From: Vicugna vicugna
Taxonomy: Eukaryota
Reading direction: 5' to 3'
DNA length: 64,000 nucleotides
NCBI GenBank assembly: GCA_013265495.1
Contig: MU058844.1
Span: 11,244,184-11,308,183 of the forward strand
The position numbers and the translations under genes are program-made. Position 1 is the first letter of the stretch, and every line of letters begins with the position of its first letter. Shown here piece by piece: positions 26,360 through 38,430 of the stretch. The notes beneath the pieces were generated by a model that made no database searches, was not told the origin of the DNA, and saw nothing but the letters and a program-made list of their open reading frames with translations.

Positions 26360-27410
26360 TCATGACTTTTAAAATAATGCTCTTAGCAAATTTGCATAAA
26401 AAGGACCCTTAACCTGAAAAACAGTATCCACCATAATTAGAGCAAACATCATTCTTAACACTGAAATATTTAGAGCTTTCCCTTTACATGAGGAACAGAA
26501 ATTAGTTCTACCAGCAACATTTTCATTCAGCATTTACCTGAGAGGTCCTCACTACATACTAGGGCGAAAAAGGATAAATAAATAGACTAAAGATTGAAAA
26601 GGAAAAACAAAACTTTCATTTTTAGTGATGGTATTTGTATTTTGCAGTTGCCATCTGTATTATCAAAAGAATTTACAAGTAAAGTATTCAAATTAATAAA
26701 AGATTAGGTTGACAGGAAGAAAATAAAAAATATAAATGCCTATTGCTTTTCTATAAGCCATCAACAAGTAATTAAAATATAAACTTTTTAAAGATACTAC
26801 TTGTAATCAGAAATACAAACGACTGGTGAATATGTCTACAAATATATGTAACACTTTGGTAAATAAAAATTTTAAATTTAATTGAGAGACATTAAAAAAA
26901 AACTCTAAATAAATAGTTATAACCATGTTCAGGACAGGAATACTCAATATTGGAAAAATGTCACTTCTCCCCCTATTATTTTATGGATTCAATGCCATCC
27001 CACATAAAATCCTTACTTTTTTGGTTCAAACTTGACAGGCTTGTTCTTTACTATATAAAGTAGTGAAAGACATTTATACAGCCAAGGTATTCACAGAAGA
27101 AAATATCTAATTGGGATGAACTGCACTAACATATATCAAGACTTCTTATAAAAATATAATAATCAGAACTGTGTCTTAATAATCCTGTGCTAGACAAATA
27201 GACAAAAGGAACATGACAGGATGCCATGAAACTGACCCACACATACACAGACACGCTACGTGACAGAAATGTCACTGCAGATCAGACTTTTCTATAAATA
27301 TCCCAGAAAATTATGCACACATATGGAAGAAGGATGAAATTAAACATTTACTTCACACTTCACATAAAAACCAGTTCTATGTGGATTAAAGACCCAAATA
27401 TGAATAGCCC
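26360..27410 (+). mobile_element. Old L1M ORF2 remnant (RT region onward)
   Basis: gcaaacatcattcttaac...agagctttcccttta, atactcaatattggaaaaatgtca, ggattcaatgccatccc, atatcaagactt, gtggattaaagaccc. Confidence 0.75.
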
Positions 27411-28069
27411 ATGAGAAATGCAACAGTCATTAATTAAGAGTGGTACCCATACAAAAATGCATCTAAAGAAATTAGTCATCTGATTGTCTATCACCAATCA
27501 CAAACTCAACACATTTCTCAAATCCAAATAGAGAGAACTGAACAGATCAGTCACACAAGCAATTGAGGAAGGTCTTTATACGGTTTTTAAAATGTGACCA
27601 GCGCAAAGCATGCCCAAGGGATTCCTGAAGACACTTGAAGAACTTGTCCTGAGGACAGACTTGGGGAGCTTATGCCCATATTTTCCCCATGGTAGGTTTC
27701 TTACAGATTGACAGTATAAACCGGAAAAAAAACAGACAAAACAAATAGTAGCGTTTGTAGTCACAAGGTAAGTTTCCACCCAAGATAAGAGATTTCAAAT
27801 CTGATCAGAAAACCAAAAGCCTCCCCTAAATGATACTACTTTCTGTGATACAAACTAAACTTAACATCTGGAGCTCAAAGAAAAGAAGTCAGTGCTGAGA
27901 TGCACTGTGAGACTAAATCCACAGAGTAAAAGGCGTAAGGGCCCTCTGTGAAGCACATGATTTCTGAGTCAAGCCTCTTGGACCATGACAAGGAGGAAGT
28001 CTTGAATTCATCTCAGTGGGACTCCTCCAAAGTTCCCCAAGTTTGCCAAACTCCCTAAAGCGTTGTCAG

Positions 28070-28495
28070 AAAACTTGTTAATGAAGAAAAGCTAAATTCA
28101 CCAGAGTCACTGTGAGCAGTAAGGGAAAACCTTACGCTAGCAATGTCTTAGCAGTGATTCAGAAGGTGGAGGTCAGAAGAGGGATATTTATAGGATCTGT
28201 GGTCTTGGCACAAGTAGTTTAAAACGACGATTTCCAGTCAGGAAACTGATTGGATTTTGCAAAGTCTGTGGCATCAAACTTCCAGATTAGTAAACATAGC
28301 AAAGTGATGATCCTGAATTGTCTTGAGCAGTTGCCTCATATTTTTTTGTCCAACTTTTCTTAAGCAGGCAGAAGTGTTACTCATTGGTTCACAGTGTTAT
28401 CTTTCCTGGAACAAACAACTAAATCATGTTGGTAACACTTAGTTCTTAGTCCTAGTAGCAGTGTTTGATGCAACTGGTTGCAATTCTAATCCCAA
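28070..28495 (-). mobile_element. Probable ERV solo LTR, family not assigned
   Basis: tgttaa...aca-type ends, antisense TATA (gatatttatagg) and CCAAT-like ctgattgg; ~430 bp. Confidence 0.45.
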
Positions 28496-28574
28496 AACAG
28501 TGAAAAGAATATAATATTGTTTATATAATGTTCAAAGTCAGCAAAATAATTATATAATTTAAGGGTTCATACAT

Positions 28575-29206
28575 ATGACCAATAAGGAGTTAATATTAAA
28601 CATATATAAACAGCTCATACAACTCAACACCAAAAAAAAAAAACCCCAAATAACCCAAGTAAAAAATGGCCAGAAGAATTGAATAGACATTTTTCCCAAG
28701 AGGAAATGCAGATGGACCACAGGCACAAGTATCACTAATCATCAGGGAAATCCAATAAAAACCACAGTAAGATATCACGTCACACCTGTCAGAATGGCTA
28801 TCATCAAAAAGAACACAAATAACAAATGTTGGTGAGGATGTGGAGAAAAGGGAACTCTCCTCAACTATTGGTGGGGATGTAAATTGCTTCATCCACTGTG
28901 GAACACAGTATAAGCATTTCTCAAAAAAATAAAAATAAAAATAAAACTACCATATGACCCAGCAATTCCATTTCTGGGTATATATATGAAAACAAAAAAC
29001 AAAACATAAAAAACATTTGAAAAGATACATGCATCCGAATATCCAAAGCAGCATTATTTACTATTGCCAAGGTATGGAAGCAATTTAAATGTCCATCAAC
29101 AGATGAATGGCTAAAGAAGATATATATACATATATTATATATACACACAGAAGACACACACATATACATATACACACATACATATGTATACATATATATA
29201 ATGGAA
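28575..29206 (+). mobile_element. L1 ORF2 3' fragment ending abruptly at ...aatggaa (left half of a split L1)
   Basis: aaatgttggtgaggatgtggagaaaagggaac, ctaccatatgacccagcaattcca, aaatgtccatcaacagatgaatgg; no 3' UTR or poly(A) follows. Confidence 0.9.
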
Positions 29207-29218
29207 CATGACCAATGA

Positions 29219-29417
29219 GTGAAAGTAAAATAACCTCTAATTGTTAAGAGATGTTGATAAATTGGTAGCCTACGTAGGTTTGAATAGATTAATCTTCCTG
29301 CCAGACATGTTTCCCCTTATATACGTGTATTACATAAAAGATGCGCTCTCCCCCTAGATAATATGAATCAGCTTGTTGAAAGACTCTTACTATACAAACA
29401 CATTAGAAATGATGTGT
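29219..29417 (+). repeat. Left arm of ~190-bp inverted repeat (partner 32527-32713)
   Basis: Hand alignment to the reverse complement of 32527-32713: ~21 mismatches over ~185 aligned nt plus a 10-nt indel; exact 31-nt block 29366-29396 = rc(32548-32578). Confidence 0.93.
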
Positions 29418-29424
29418 TTAAGTC

Positions 29425-30120
29425 ACAGTCTTCTCTCACCAGGATTTTTTAAATAGTACCTTAACTGGTCTGTTTCTACATTCACTCCATTTCAATCTAT
29501 TCAGAACACACACAACAATCTATTTATTTTATGTTAACATGAGGTCATGTCTCTCTTCTGCTCAAAGCCAAGCTTCCCACTTTAATCAAGTTTAAAATAA
29601 ATTTTTAAAATTACATATAAGTACCACCTGATTTATAGTTGCACCTCCATACATACACACAGCATTCCCCATGCCTCTTCTCTAATTCATTTTTCTTCAG
29701 GGTCTGCTCCTCCCTCCAACCCTACCTCTCTGACCTCAACTCCTACAGCCACACTGCCCTTTCCTGGACACCCCAGGCCCTTTCATACTTCATAAACTCT
29801 TAGAGTTTCATCTACTTGGCCTCTGATCTTGAATTTGCGTATGGCTCTCTCTCCCTCACCTTCTTCCGTTTTTATTCAGATGATACCTTTTCAACCAGAC
29901 CTTTTCCGACTACTTAATTCATAACTGCAACTCTCCCCAACCCACATTCCCAGCCCTTCTCATCCCTCCTTTTCTGATTACATTTTCTCCATAGACTATA
30001 TTCCTATATCATACTGTATAATACACTGCAATTTATTTATTTTATAAATTTCTATTTAGACACACAGGCACGAAGAATGCAAGGATTCTCACTTTTGTTC
30101 ACTGCCATTTCCTAAGAACA
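29425..30120 (+). mobile_element. L2 remnant; its (TGAA)n tail resumes at ~30448-30480 after an L1 insertion
   Basis: ggtcatgtctctcttctgctcaaa, cagccacactgccctttcctggacac, ttttgttcactgc. Confidence 0.7.
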
Positions 30121-30129
30121 TAGAAAACT

Positions 30130-30440
30130 TACTTACAAAACAGAAGCAGACTCACAGACATAAAAAACAAACTTATGGTTACCGGGGAGAAGAGGGTGGG
30201 AAGGGATAAACTGGGAGTTCAAGATTTGCAGACACTAACTAATACATACAAAATAGATAAACAACAAGTTTATAGTGTATAGCACAGGGAACCATTTTCA
30301 TTATCTTATAGTAACTTATGGTGAAAAAGAATACGAAAACAAACATGTGTATGTTCCTGTATAACTTAAGTATTGTGCTGGACACCAGAAATTGATACAA
30401 CACTGTAAACTGACTATACTTCAATAAAAATATATTAAAA
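30130..30440 (+). mobile_element. L1 3' UTR fragment
   Basis: aaacagaagcagactcacagacata...gggagttcaagatttgcaga...ctgactatacttcaataaaaa; homologous to 14440-14730. Confidence 0.9.
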
Positions 30441-30536
30441 ATGTTTTTTGAATATATGAATGCATGCATGAATGAATGAATATGTCTCATCTAACATCTA
30501 CCGTAATATATATGTTTCAGTTTTACCTGAAACTAT

Positions 30537-30563
<27 letters not shown>
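30537..30563. repeat. (AC)n microsatellite
   Basis: About 13 AC units. Confidence 0.95.
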
Positions 30564-30570
<7 letters not shown>

Positions 30571-30954
30571 GGCATAGACAAGACAAAGCCCATCATATCC
30601 AGAATACGTAGTTACAGTATTTGGCACCATGCACATCTTTTGCTGTTTATTTCTGTGTCCTCTTATTCCAGAGTTCTTAGTTCAACTGGGAGAAAATGGG
30701 AAAACATCACCTGTGCGTTCCTGCCATTCAAGTTGAGCTCACATCTTTAGAACCCTCAAAATAATCTCCCACATTTGTCCTAATGGCATCATTCATCTTG
30801 TGGCAGGGGTGAAAAGGGACTATCTGACTTCTGTCAACTTTACTGATACTTAAACATGCTATCCTCCTTAATAAATATACAACCTCCCGGAAATTGGCCA
30901 ATTCAGCGACTGGTAAAGGATAAAACAAAGATAATCAGAGCTTTAAAAGTAGCT

Positions 30955-31339
30955 TGTGTCTTCATCTGTTTGGGCTGCCATGACAGAATTACATAAACTG
31001 GGTTATTTATACAGAACATATGTTTATTCCTCACAGTTTTGGAGGCTAGGAAGTCCAAGAGCAGTGTGCCAGCATGGTCAGGTGACGGCTCTCTCCTGGA
31101 TGCAGACTGCTGACTTCCCTCTGTGTTCTCACATGGTGGAACCAGTGAGGGGGTCTCAACAGGGCTTTCTTTTATAAGAGCACTTTTATAAGAGTCGTCA
31201 TGATTGAAATTAAATCATGACGACTCTGCCCTCATGACCTAATCACCTCCCAAAGGCCCCACCTCCTGACCACCAATCACCTAAGAGGTTAGGGTTTCAG
31301 CATAGGAATTTGGGGGCAGTAAACATTCAGTCTGTTGCA
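30955..31339 (-). mobile_element. MaLR LTR MLT1A/A0-like
   Basis: gtttgggctgccatgacag...cacagttttggaggctaggaagtccaag...cctcatgacctaatcacctcccaaaggcccc...aaacattcagtctgttgca. Confidence 0.88.
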
Positions 31340-32004
31340 ATAGTTTATTAACTTCCTGGAAAAGAGAAAATTTCAGGAGGATTTAAGAGTTAGAAAGAGT
31401 GAGTTTATGGCGGTTATGCTAATTAAGAATTGAAAATTTGCACTCCAGATATGACTCAAATGAGTTTACATGTTTGAACACAGTTAATTAAAATGGGCTC
31501 CACTGTTCAATGTTCAGGAAAGTCTTCACTTAATTCAAGTAAAAGTCTGGTACCCCAGAGTCTCTCAACCTTCATTACCCTTTATCAGATTCCGGCGACT
31601 TGAGCCTGTTATAGTGAAGCAAACATTTGGTTTGGACAGCCCTAGACAAATGCTACCATGAGTGGTAAGATTCCCTTTTACAATACCTGTGGGATATCAG
31701 ATTTTCAGCACTGAGACAACAAACACGACACAACGCTACATATATTATTCCTAGGGTGAATTTTCTTTTTCTTCCTTTTTTTTTTTCTTTTTGCTTTCTT
31801 CATTGTAGAAGAAAAGCATTTCTTCTGTAAAAATATGCATTTAATTTTAGGTGGAAAGTATAACTGTTTATTCACTGTTTAATGTGTTCCACTGTAGGTG
31901 ATGCCAGACCCAATGCTTTTTACCTATTTTTTTAATTGGCTGGAATTTCTTCTTATTGCCTCATTCTCTATGTTACCTTCTTCCACTTGGTTACTTCTTT
32001 TTAA

Positions 32005-32474
32005 AACTTATTTACTTATTTTTAATTGAAGTATAGTTGATTTACAATGTTGCATTAGTTTCTTGTATATAGCATTTCATATATATATATATATATATAC
32101 TTTTTCACTATATTTTTTCATTATAGGTTATTGTAAGATATTGAATATACTTCCCTACGATATATAATAGGGTCTTGTTGTTTACCTATTTTATATATAA
32201 TAGTTTGTATCTGCAAATCTGAAATTCTTAATTCATACTCCCCCCCACCTTTCCTCTTTGGTAACCAAAAGTTTGTTTCCTATCTGTGAGTCCCTTTTTG
32301 TTTTGTAAATAAATTCATTTGTATCATTTTTTTTAAGATTCCACATCTAAGTGATATCAGAGAGTATTTGTCTTTGTCTGACTTAATTCACTTAGTTTGA
32401 TAACCTGTAGACCCATCCATGTTGATGCAAATGGCATCATTTCATTGTTTTTTATGGCTGAGTAGCATTCCATT
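32005..32474 (-). mobile_element. L1 end of ORF2 + 3' UTR + A-tail, starting at aatggaa (right half of the split L1)
   Basis: Reverse complement begins aatggaatgctactcagccataaaaa...gccatttgcatcaacatggatgg and ends caactatacttcaattaaaaa. Confidence 0.92.
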
Positions 32475-32526
32475 GAGTTATCCTATCTTACATTTGTTGA
32501 TTTCTTTCTTGGATTATTTCCTGCAT

Positions 32527-32713
32527 ACATATCATTTCTAGTATGTCTGTATAGTAAGAGTCTTTCAACAAGCTGATTGATATTATATAGGGGGAGAGCA
32601 CATCTGTCACGTAATATACTTATGTATGTCTAGCTGAAAGATTAACCTATTCAAACCTATGTAGGCTACCAGTTATCAACATCTCTTAACAATCAGAGGT
32701 TATTTCACTTCAC
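32527..32713 (-). repeat. Right arm of ~190-bp inverted repeat (partner 29219-29417)
   Basis: See left arm; reverse-complement alignment. Confidence 0.93.
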
Positions 32714-33112
32714 CCTTTACTCAGTCAACATCTGCTGAGAAATAAATAAGTGTTAGACACTCTGCTAAATACTAGGTATGTTCACATGGATCCATGTTTC
32801 TTTGAGGCTCTACAATAAGACAACCATGAAGCAAATTATTATGTCAAATTTCTTATTTGCTCCATTTATTCTCCAGGCCAGATCCCTGAACTGCTGGCTC
32901 TTCCCAGTGGAATTTGTTAATTGCCAAGGATTAAGGTTGAGCAATTACAAGTAGTTACTAGAGGACTCAGAGATATCTAATAATACTCGTATTTGTAAAC
33001 AATATATTAGACTTCATTCTACTAATTAGAAAATGAGAAACCTAAACTTGTGGATACGTCCTAGCCTAGTAGCTAACTTTTTAGCCTTGCAGACCATTGA
33101 AATATTATCCTT

Positions 33113-33276
33113 TGTCACTCAAATTTTGATCCACAGACTTGCAACATCAGCATTACTTGGGATTGTATTAGAAATGTAGAATCTAAGGTGATCCCCAGAC
33201 AGACTGAATCACAATGTGCATTTTCACAAAATCCCCAGGTGGTTTGTATGTCCATGGAAATTTAAGAAGCTGCTGT
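33113..33276. mobile_element. MER5A-like hAT-Charlie MITE
   Basis: catcagcattacttgg...ttagaaatgtagaatct...ccccagacagactgaatca...tgcattttcacaaaatccccaggtggtttgtatg. Confidence 0.78.
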
Positions 33277-35639
33277 AAATCACTGTGACTTTCTGAGCCC
33301 TTCTTTGTAAGTGATTAAAGTTCTTTCCTCCATATGGTCATATTACCAATTTCAGCAAAAAACTGAAACAGACGTAAAAGAAATACAATTTTGAATCCAC
33401 AGAGGCCAGTATCAGGCTTTGTTAGACACTGTAGATCAATCTAGGGTTCTATGGAATGGTGGCAAAGATAAGTGGCAAAATCATTTAAAAGTTTTGCCAC
33501 CTGTTGACATTACTGAAAATGCCTTCAGAGCAATTTGAAATCCTCATACAAGAATAATGTAACCTGCCAGTCAGAAGCCTTTTGAACACTGGTAACTAAT
33601 TGATGTTCAGCCCTTCAGGCATCAAAAGCAATTATTGTGCTACCTGGGGTGCAATTTAACTGGAAGCTGACATACTGAAGACAGAGAGAATCACAAACAG
33701 CAAAGTCAAGAAGAGGTCCACTTTGAGGGAAAGCATCTTTCAGCTCTGGAGCACACAGGACACTGGTCCAATGATGGGCGCTCTGAACCATGCTGCTGAT
33801 CTGTTGCAAAGATGAAATTAACAAGCAGGAAACCTGTAATACCATGCTTAAGTATGTATGATGCGTAATACAGTTTACAATAGAATTAGTACTGAGACCA
33901 CACTAAAAAAAAATTTTTTTTAAGCTAAGAACTTATTTGCCACTATGTAACCCTAAGAAAAATAATCTGGGGCCTGTGTTTCAGCAAATGCAAACTTGGA
34001 TGCTGGCTCTTACTAATACAGTTTGTTAATTGTCCAGCATTGAGGTTTAGCAATTATGAGGATGGTGTGAAGATGGTATATATGCAAATGCTTTGTAGAC
34101 AAAAATCTGACATCACATTATTCCCTATGTTTAGCCAAAACTATCTTTTTTATTTTGAAATTTAACGTAATTTTTCTGTAAAATAACTCTCATTATTTTA
34201 GAAATTGCAGCCGAAACTGTGTAAATGTCAGGCAACTCTGTTATTTACTCTGCAATTTTCCAGCAATGCATGTACCCACAATAACGTTCCTACATTCACT
34301 CAACAGAATGTCTGTATTGCTTTTTTCTGCTGTTTCCAGTTGCCTCAAAACAGAAATAACATCATTTATATGACACGTAAATCACTTCCACCCACAAATC
34401 TCTTTACTTTTGAATCCTTAGGCAAGTGTGATTTAAAGTTCTCACAGCTCTTTTTTTAGAAAAATGAGCACAAACAATACATATGTAATATTATAGTCAC
34501 TGCCTCCAAACTATAACATAAATTTACTGAAGCACAGCCTACTGATGTCATATGGAGACATCTGAAAAGTATGTGATTAATTATTGTTACGCTTTTAAAG
34601 AATATTCTATCAGTTTCTTTTGTTGCTTTACATACACATATACACACATACGCATACACATATAAGTATAACATCTAAAACTTTCTTCCTGCTAACTCTT
34701 GGTAGCATCACTTGTACCTAGTGGGCACAGACTGACTGCTTGTTCAATAACCCAATTCCCTTTCCTCCTGGACATAGGGCTGGAATTCATTTCAGACTGT
34801 GTTAGCCTCAGAAATGTCCAATCGATGGCACAAAGTAGACGCTGTCAGCTCAGACTCCTGGATGACTCCTGGAGCAGAAAACCCCTCTACTGCCCGGACG
34901 TCACACATTTCTCTCCCCCCACATTGTATACACTCATCTTCCCCTCACCCTCAACACACAAACTGCCCACTGGGACTTATGTGGGCAAGAAGTAGACGAC
35001 CACTGAGATTTTGGAATTTACTTGGCAGCATCTCTAGCATTGCTCTCTCTAGTATAGAATAAGCATGCATCTGAGAACAGTATTTATAAATCTCAAGACA
35101 TTCTTTTGTATTAGTTGTTTTCCCTAATCTCACCCACTCCCCACCATATACAAAAATTTTTTTTTAATATGGAGGAAGAATGGGAACAAGAAAGGAAGAA
35201 TAAAGAAGAAATAAGAGCACAGACATTACAGGGAAGGGAGATGTGTGAGCACAAAGAGGCTTCATCTTGTCCAGCTGGTTACCTAGGGGCAGTCTACATG
35301 TCCGAATCTCAGTAAAGGTCAGTTTTAGAATTCAACTCTGAATTTAGGGTCATCCTCTGTTGCTCATACTCAGGTGATGCTCTCACTCCTCTCCTCATCT
35401 GTCCAGTCTAACTGGCCATTCACCAAACCTGTCTCCACCACCACATAGCAACAGGATCCCCTCCCCGAGTTTGCTATGCACTCTAGAGGGCAACCACTTC
35501 ACTTCTGGTGCCCTGTTAATGACATCCATCTTGATTACAGTAATGTTTCTTTTAATCCTCTTGGATCTGGTTTTCCATTCTTCCTTGGAGAGCTGTTTTT
35601 TCTATACCTCTCAATATGAATGAAAGAGTGATCTGGACA

Positions 35640-36500
35640 ATTATTGGGGACCTACTGGTTTCTAGTACTATACTTGGCATTGAGGACGTAGGAAAATAAG
35701 ATGCGTCCACCTGTGGGAAGCTCTCAGTCTTCCATACTTAGCCAGGTATAAAATCTATTCCCGCCAGTACAAGGTCATGAGTTCCATACTGGAGGTTTAT
35801 ACACAGGTCTTTGGAAACTCAGATGAAGATAAAGTCATTCGGACAGAAGAACCAAGGAAAACTATAGGAGGTGGTATTTGTGCTATGCCCTTAAAATGGG
35901 TAAGAACTTATAAAGCAGAGAAGGAACTAGAAGTATGTCCTGGGAATATGGAGGAACATAAGCAAAGGAATAGGAATAAGAGGCCCAAGTTACACTCTCG
36001 TCAAGCAAGAGTACATACTGGTAGAGAGCGAGAGGATTGGAGTTTGCTCTGAAAAATGTTTGTGGCAGGGTGTTCAGAGCCTCGACTGGCATGTTAATAA
36101 AGCTCTGGAAGAACTGGGTGTGTGCTAGAGATGCGTGTCTTCGGTTCTTTGGCAAAGAAAGGTAGATAATGAGAAATAGAGGAAGAGGGTCAATTAGAAG
36201 TTGATTTCAACAATCCACAGAAAGAGGGCAACAGCACGGTCTATAGTAGTAGCAGCAATGGGGTCAGTGAGGAGTACACAGAGAGTATTTATGATATAGA
36301 CTAGACAGGATATGCCCATATAAAAGAGTCAAAGATGAATAGGTAATTTCTACACAAGGTAGAAAATTAAGTAATCACTAGCAATGAGTGGATGAAGCCA
36401 GGTGAACTGATGAACTTTGAGTGGCATGTAGAGTGTGAAAGGAGGTCAACCAGACGTTCACCAGGTAGCTCAGCATGATAGGAACCATCAGTATTCAATG
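35640..36500 (-). mobile_element. Degenerate L2
   Basis: ttattggggacctactgg...ttggcattgagga, purine-rich body with typical antisense L2 segments. Confidence 0.55.
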
Positions 36501-37619
36501 TCTCTGACGTTAAGTGAAAACAAAGTCTATACAAAAAGGAAAGGATAGATAGCATTGTTTCAAGTGATGTCAAGAAAACAGTATGACCTATGGTAAGTTT
36601 TACTTTTTCATGCATGCTACAAGTATGTGTCTATATTATGACCAAGGGAAATAAATTATTAACATATTTTGAAGGGATTAGATTTCCCTTATACATAGAT
36701 ATATTTCACAGTTAATTTCCTGGTAAAACTGCCATTTTTTTCCCTAATGCAGAAAAATATTTACACCATAATACTATGCATAGAGTAGGAGGAATCTGGT
36801 ATACTGAAGACTTAAAAAATTTATCTATGACCAAGGCCAGACCTAAGCAAAGAGAAAACATTCCCAAAATGCTACTTCAGTTGTTCCTAAGTAATACTTA
36901 TACTTTCTACTTTCAAATCTTTGAGACCACACAAAATTAAAATAAGTTTTCTGTGTCTTTCATTAATATCTTTATTAAATTTCTGAACCACCAAGTTATT
37001 TCAACCAGACATCAAGGTAATGCTACGCTAAAGTACACTATAAACACAATGGAACAGAATTTAAAATCTTTTCAACACGTCAAGGAATAGTGGGAAGTTC
37101 CCAGCAACACATCTTAGTAAATTTGAATTCAAGAATAAAATAGAAATATGAAGGCAATTAGTGCAAAAGCAGATCTAGAATGCTACTAAGTAATAAATAA
37201 GATTTGAGTTAAAGATGCAATTTATCAATAGAAAAGCCTCTAACAATGAGTGTAAGTAGTCATAAATTACAGCAGATGAGATTTAGATTATAAGAGTTAT
37301 AATGGTCTTTTTTTGGCCATTCTAATTTTAAACATAAATTAAAATTGCCTCCCAAGAGATATTTAAGAGAGTAGATGTCTCTGACTTAGGAAAAGAAAAC
37401 ATACACTGTAAACATCTTTAAGTTACTTTCCAATTAGATTTATCAGCTATCTAATATAATGATTTTAAAACACTTCTGTTCCTTCTTCTTCCTAAACATT
37501 CCTATTTCAAGAATATGTTGAGTTGCACCTGCAGGCTTACCTAAAAATAAATTTAAAACTCCAAAAACAGAATATTCTTTTTCTTCCCCGAAGAAATTTG
37601 TCATTTAGGCTATATTTTC

Positions 37620-38430
37620 AATTTCTCTTAGATTTTTTTCACTTATATATTCTACTTAAGCCTCAAAAATATACCAAACTTAATTCCCTTTCCCAAATTC
37701 TGTTTATTTTTCTGGCTTCCTTAATTCTATTACTGATTCCAGGATCAAGTCATTTTTGACTCTTTCCTCTCTTTACCTTCAATTCCTAATTATTGACCAA
37801 GTCCTGCTGAATCTGATTCTACTCATTTCCTTCTCATATCCTGCACTTATTCAGAATCTCTTTACTATTCTTCCAAAATGTTGTCCTACTTTCCCAACTT
37901 ACCTCATTCAGAATCTCCCCATTCCAATCCCTGCTGGGTCTTATTGTCAGATTAATATTATTGAAGCTCATTTCTGACCATATAAGTCTTTTGTTCATAA
38001 TTTCCAATAGCTCTCCATTGTCTCCAAATATCTTTGCCTGGTATTCCATATTTCTCAAATGATTTTTTTTCCAATTTTATCCCCGTTACTTCCTTTTATG
38101 TACCACAGTTCCCAGTTACAGCAAAATATTGCTTCTTATCCTTTGATTTAATACTTCTATGATCTGCTCACGTCTTGTGCTAGTAATGCCCCACCTGCAT
38201 ATCCACCATTAACTCAAACCACGTAACCAGCTTTTCCTTCTCTCCATCACATTCCACCCCTTTAGAAGTCAGAAATCTCTTCTCTTCTAATAATTCTTTT
38301 CTTTTTAATTTTCTAAGTTACACTCATCCATTTTACCATTATTTTACCAAAGTCAGCTTTATCATTATTCTGTGTACCTACCTCACCTGCAAGAGTTAAA
38401 GCTCCGTTAAGAGGGGGCACGTGATTCGTC
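37620..38430 (+). mobile_element. Degenerate L2
   Basis: aagtcatttttgactctttcctct, ttccaatagctctccattgtct. Confidence 0.5.
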
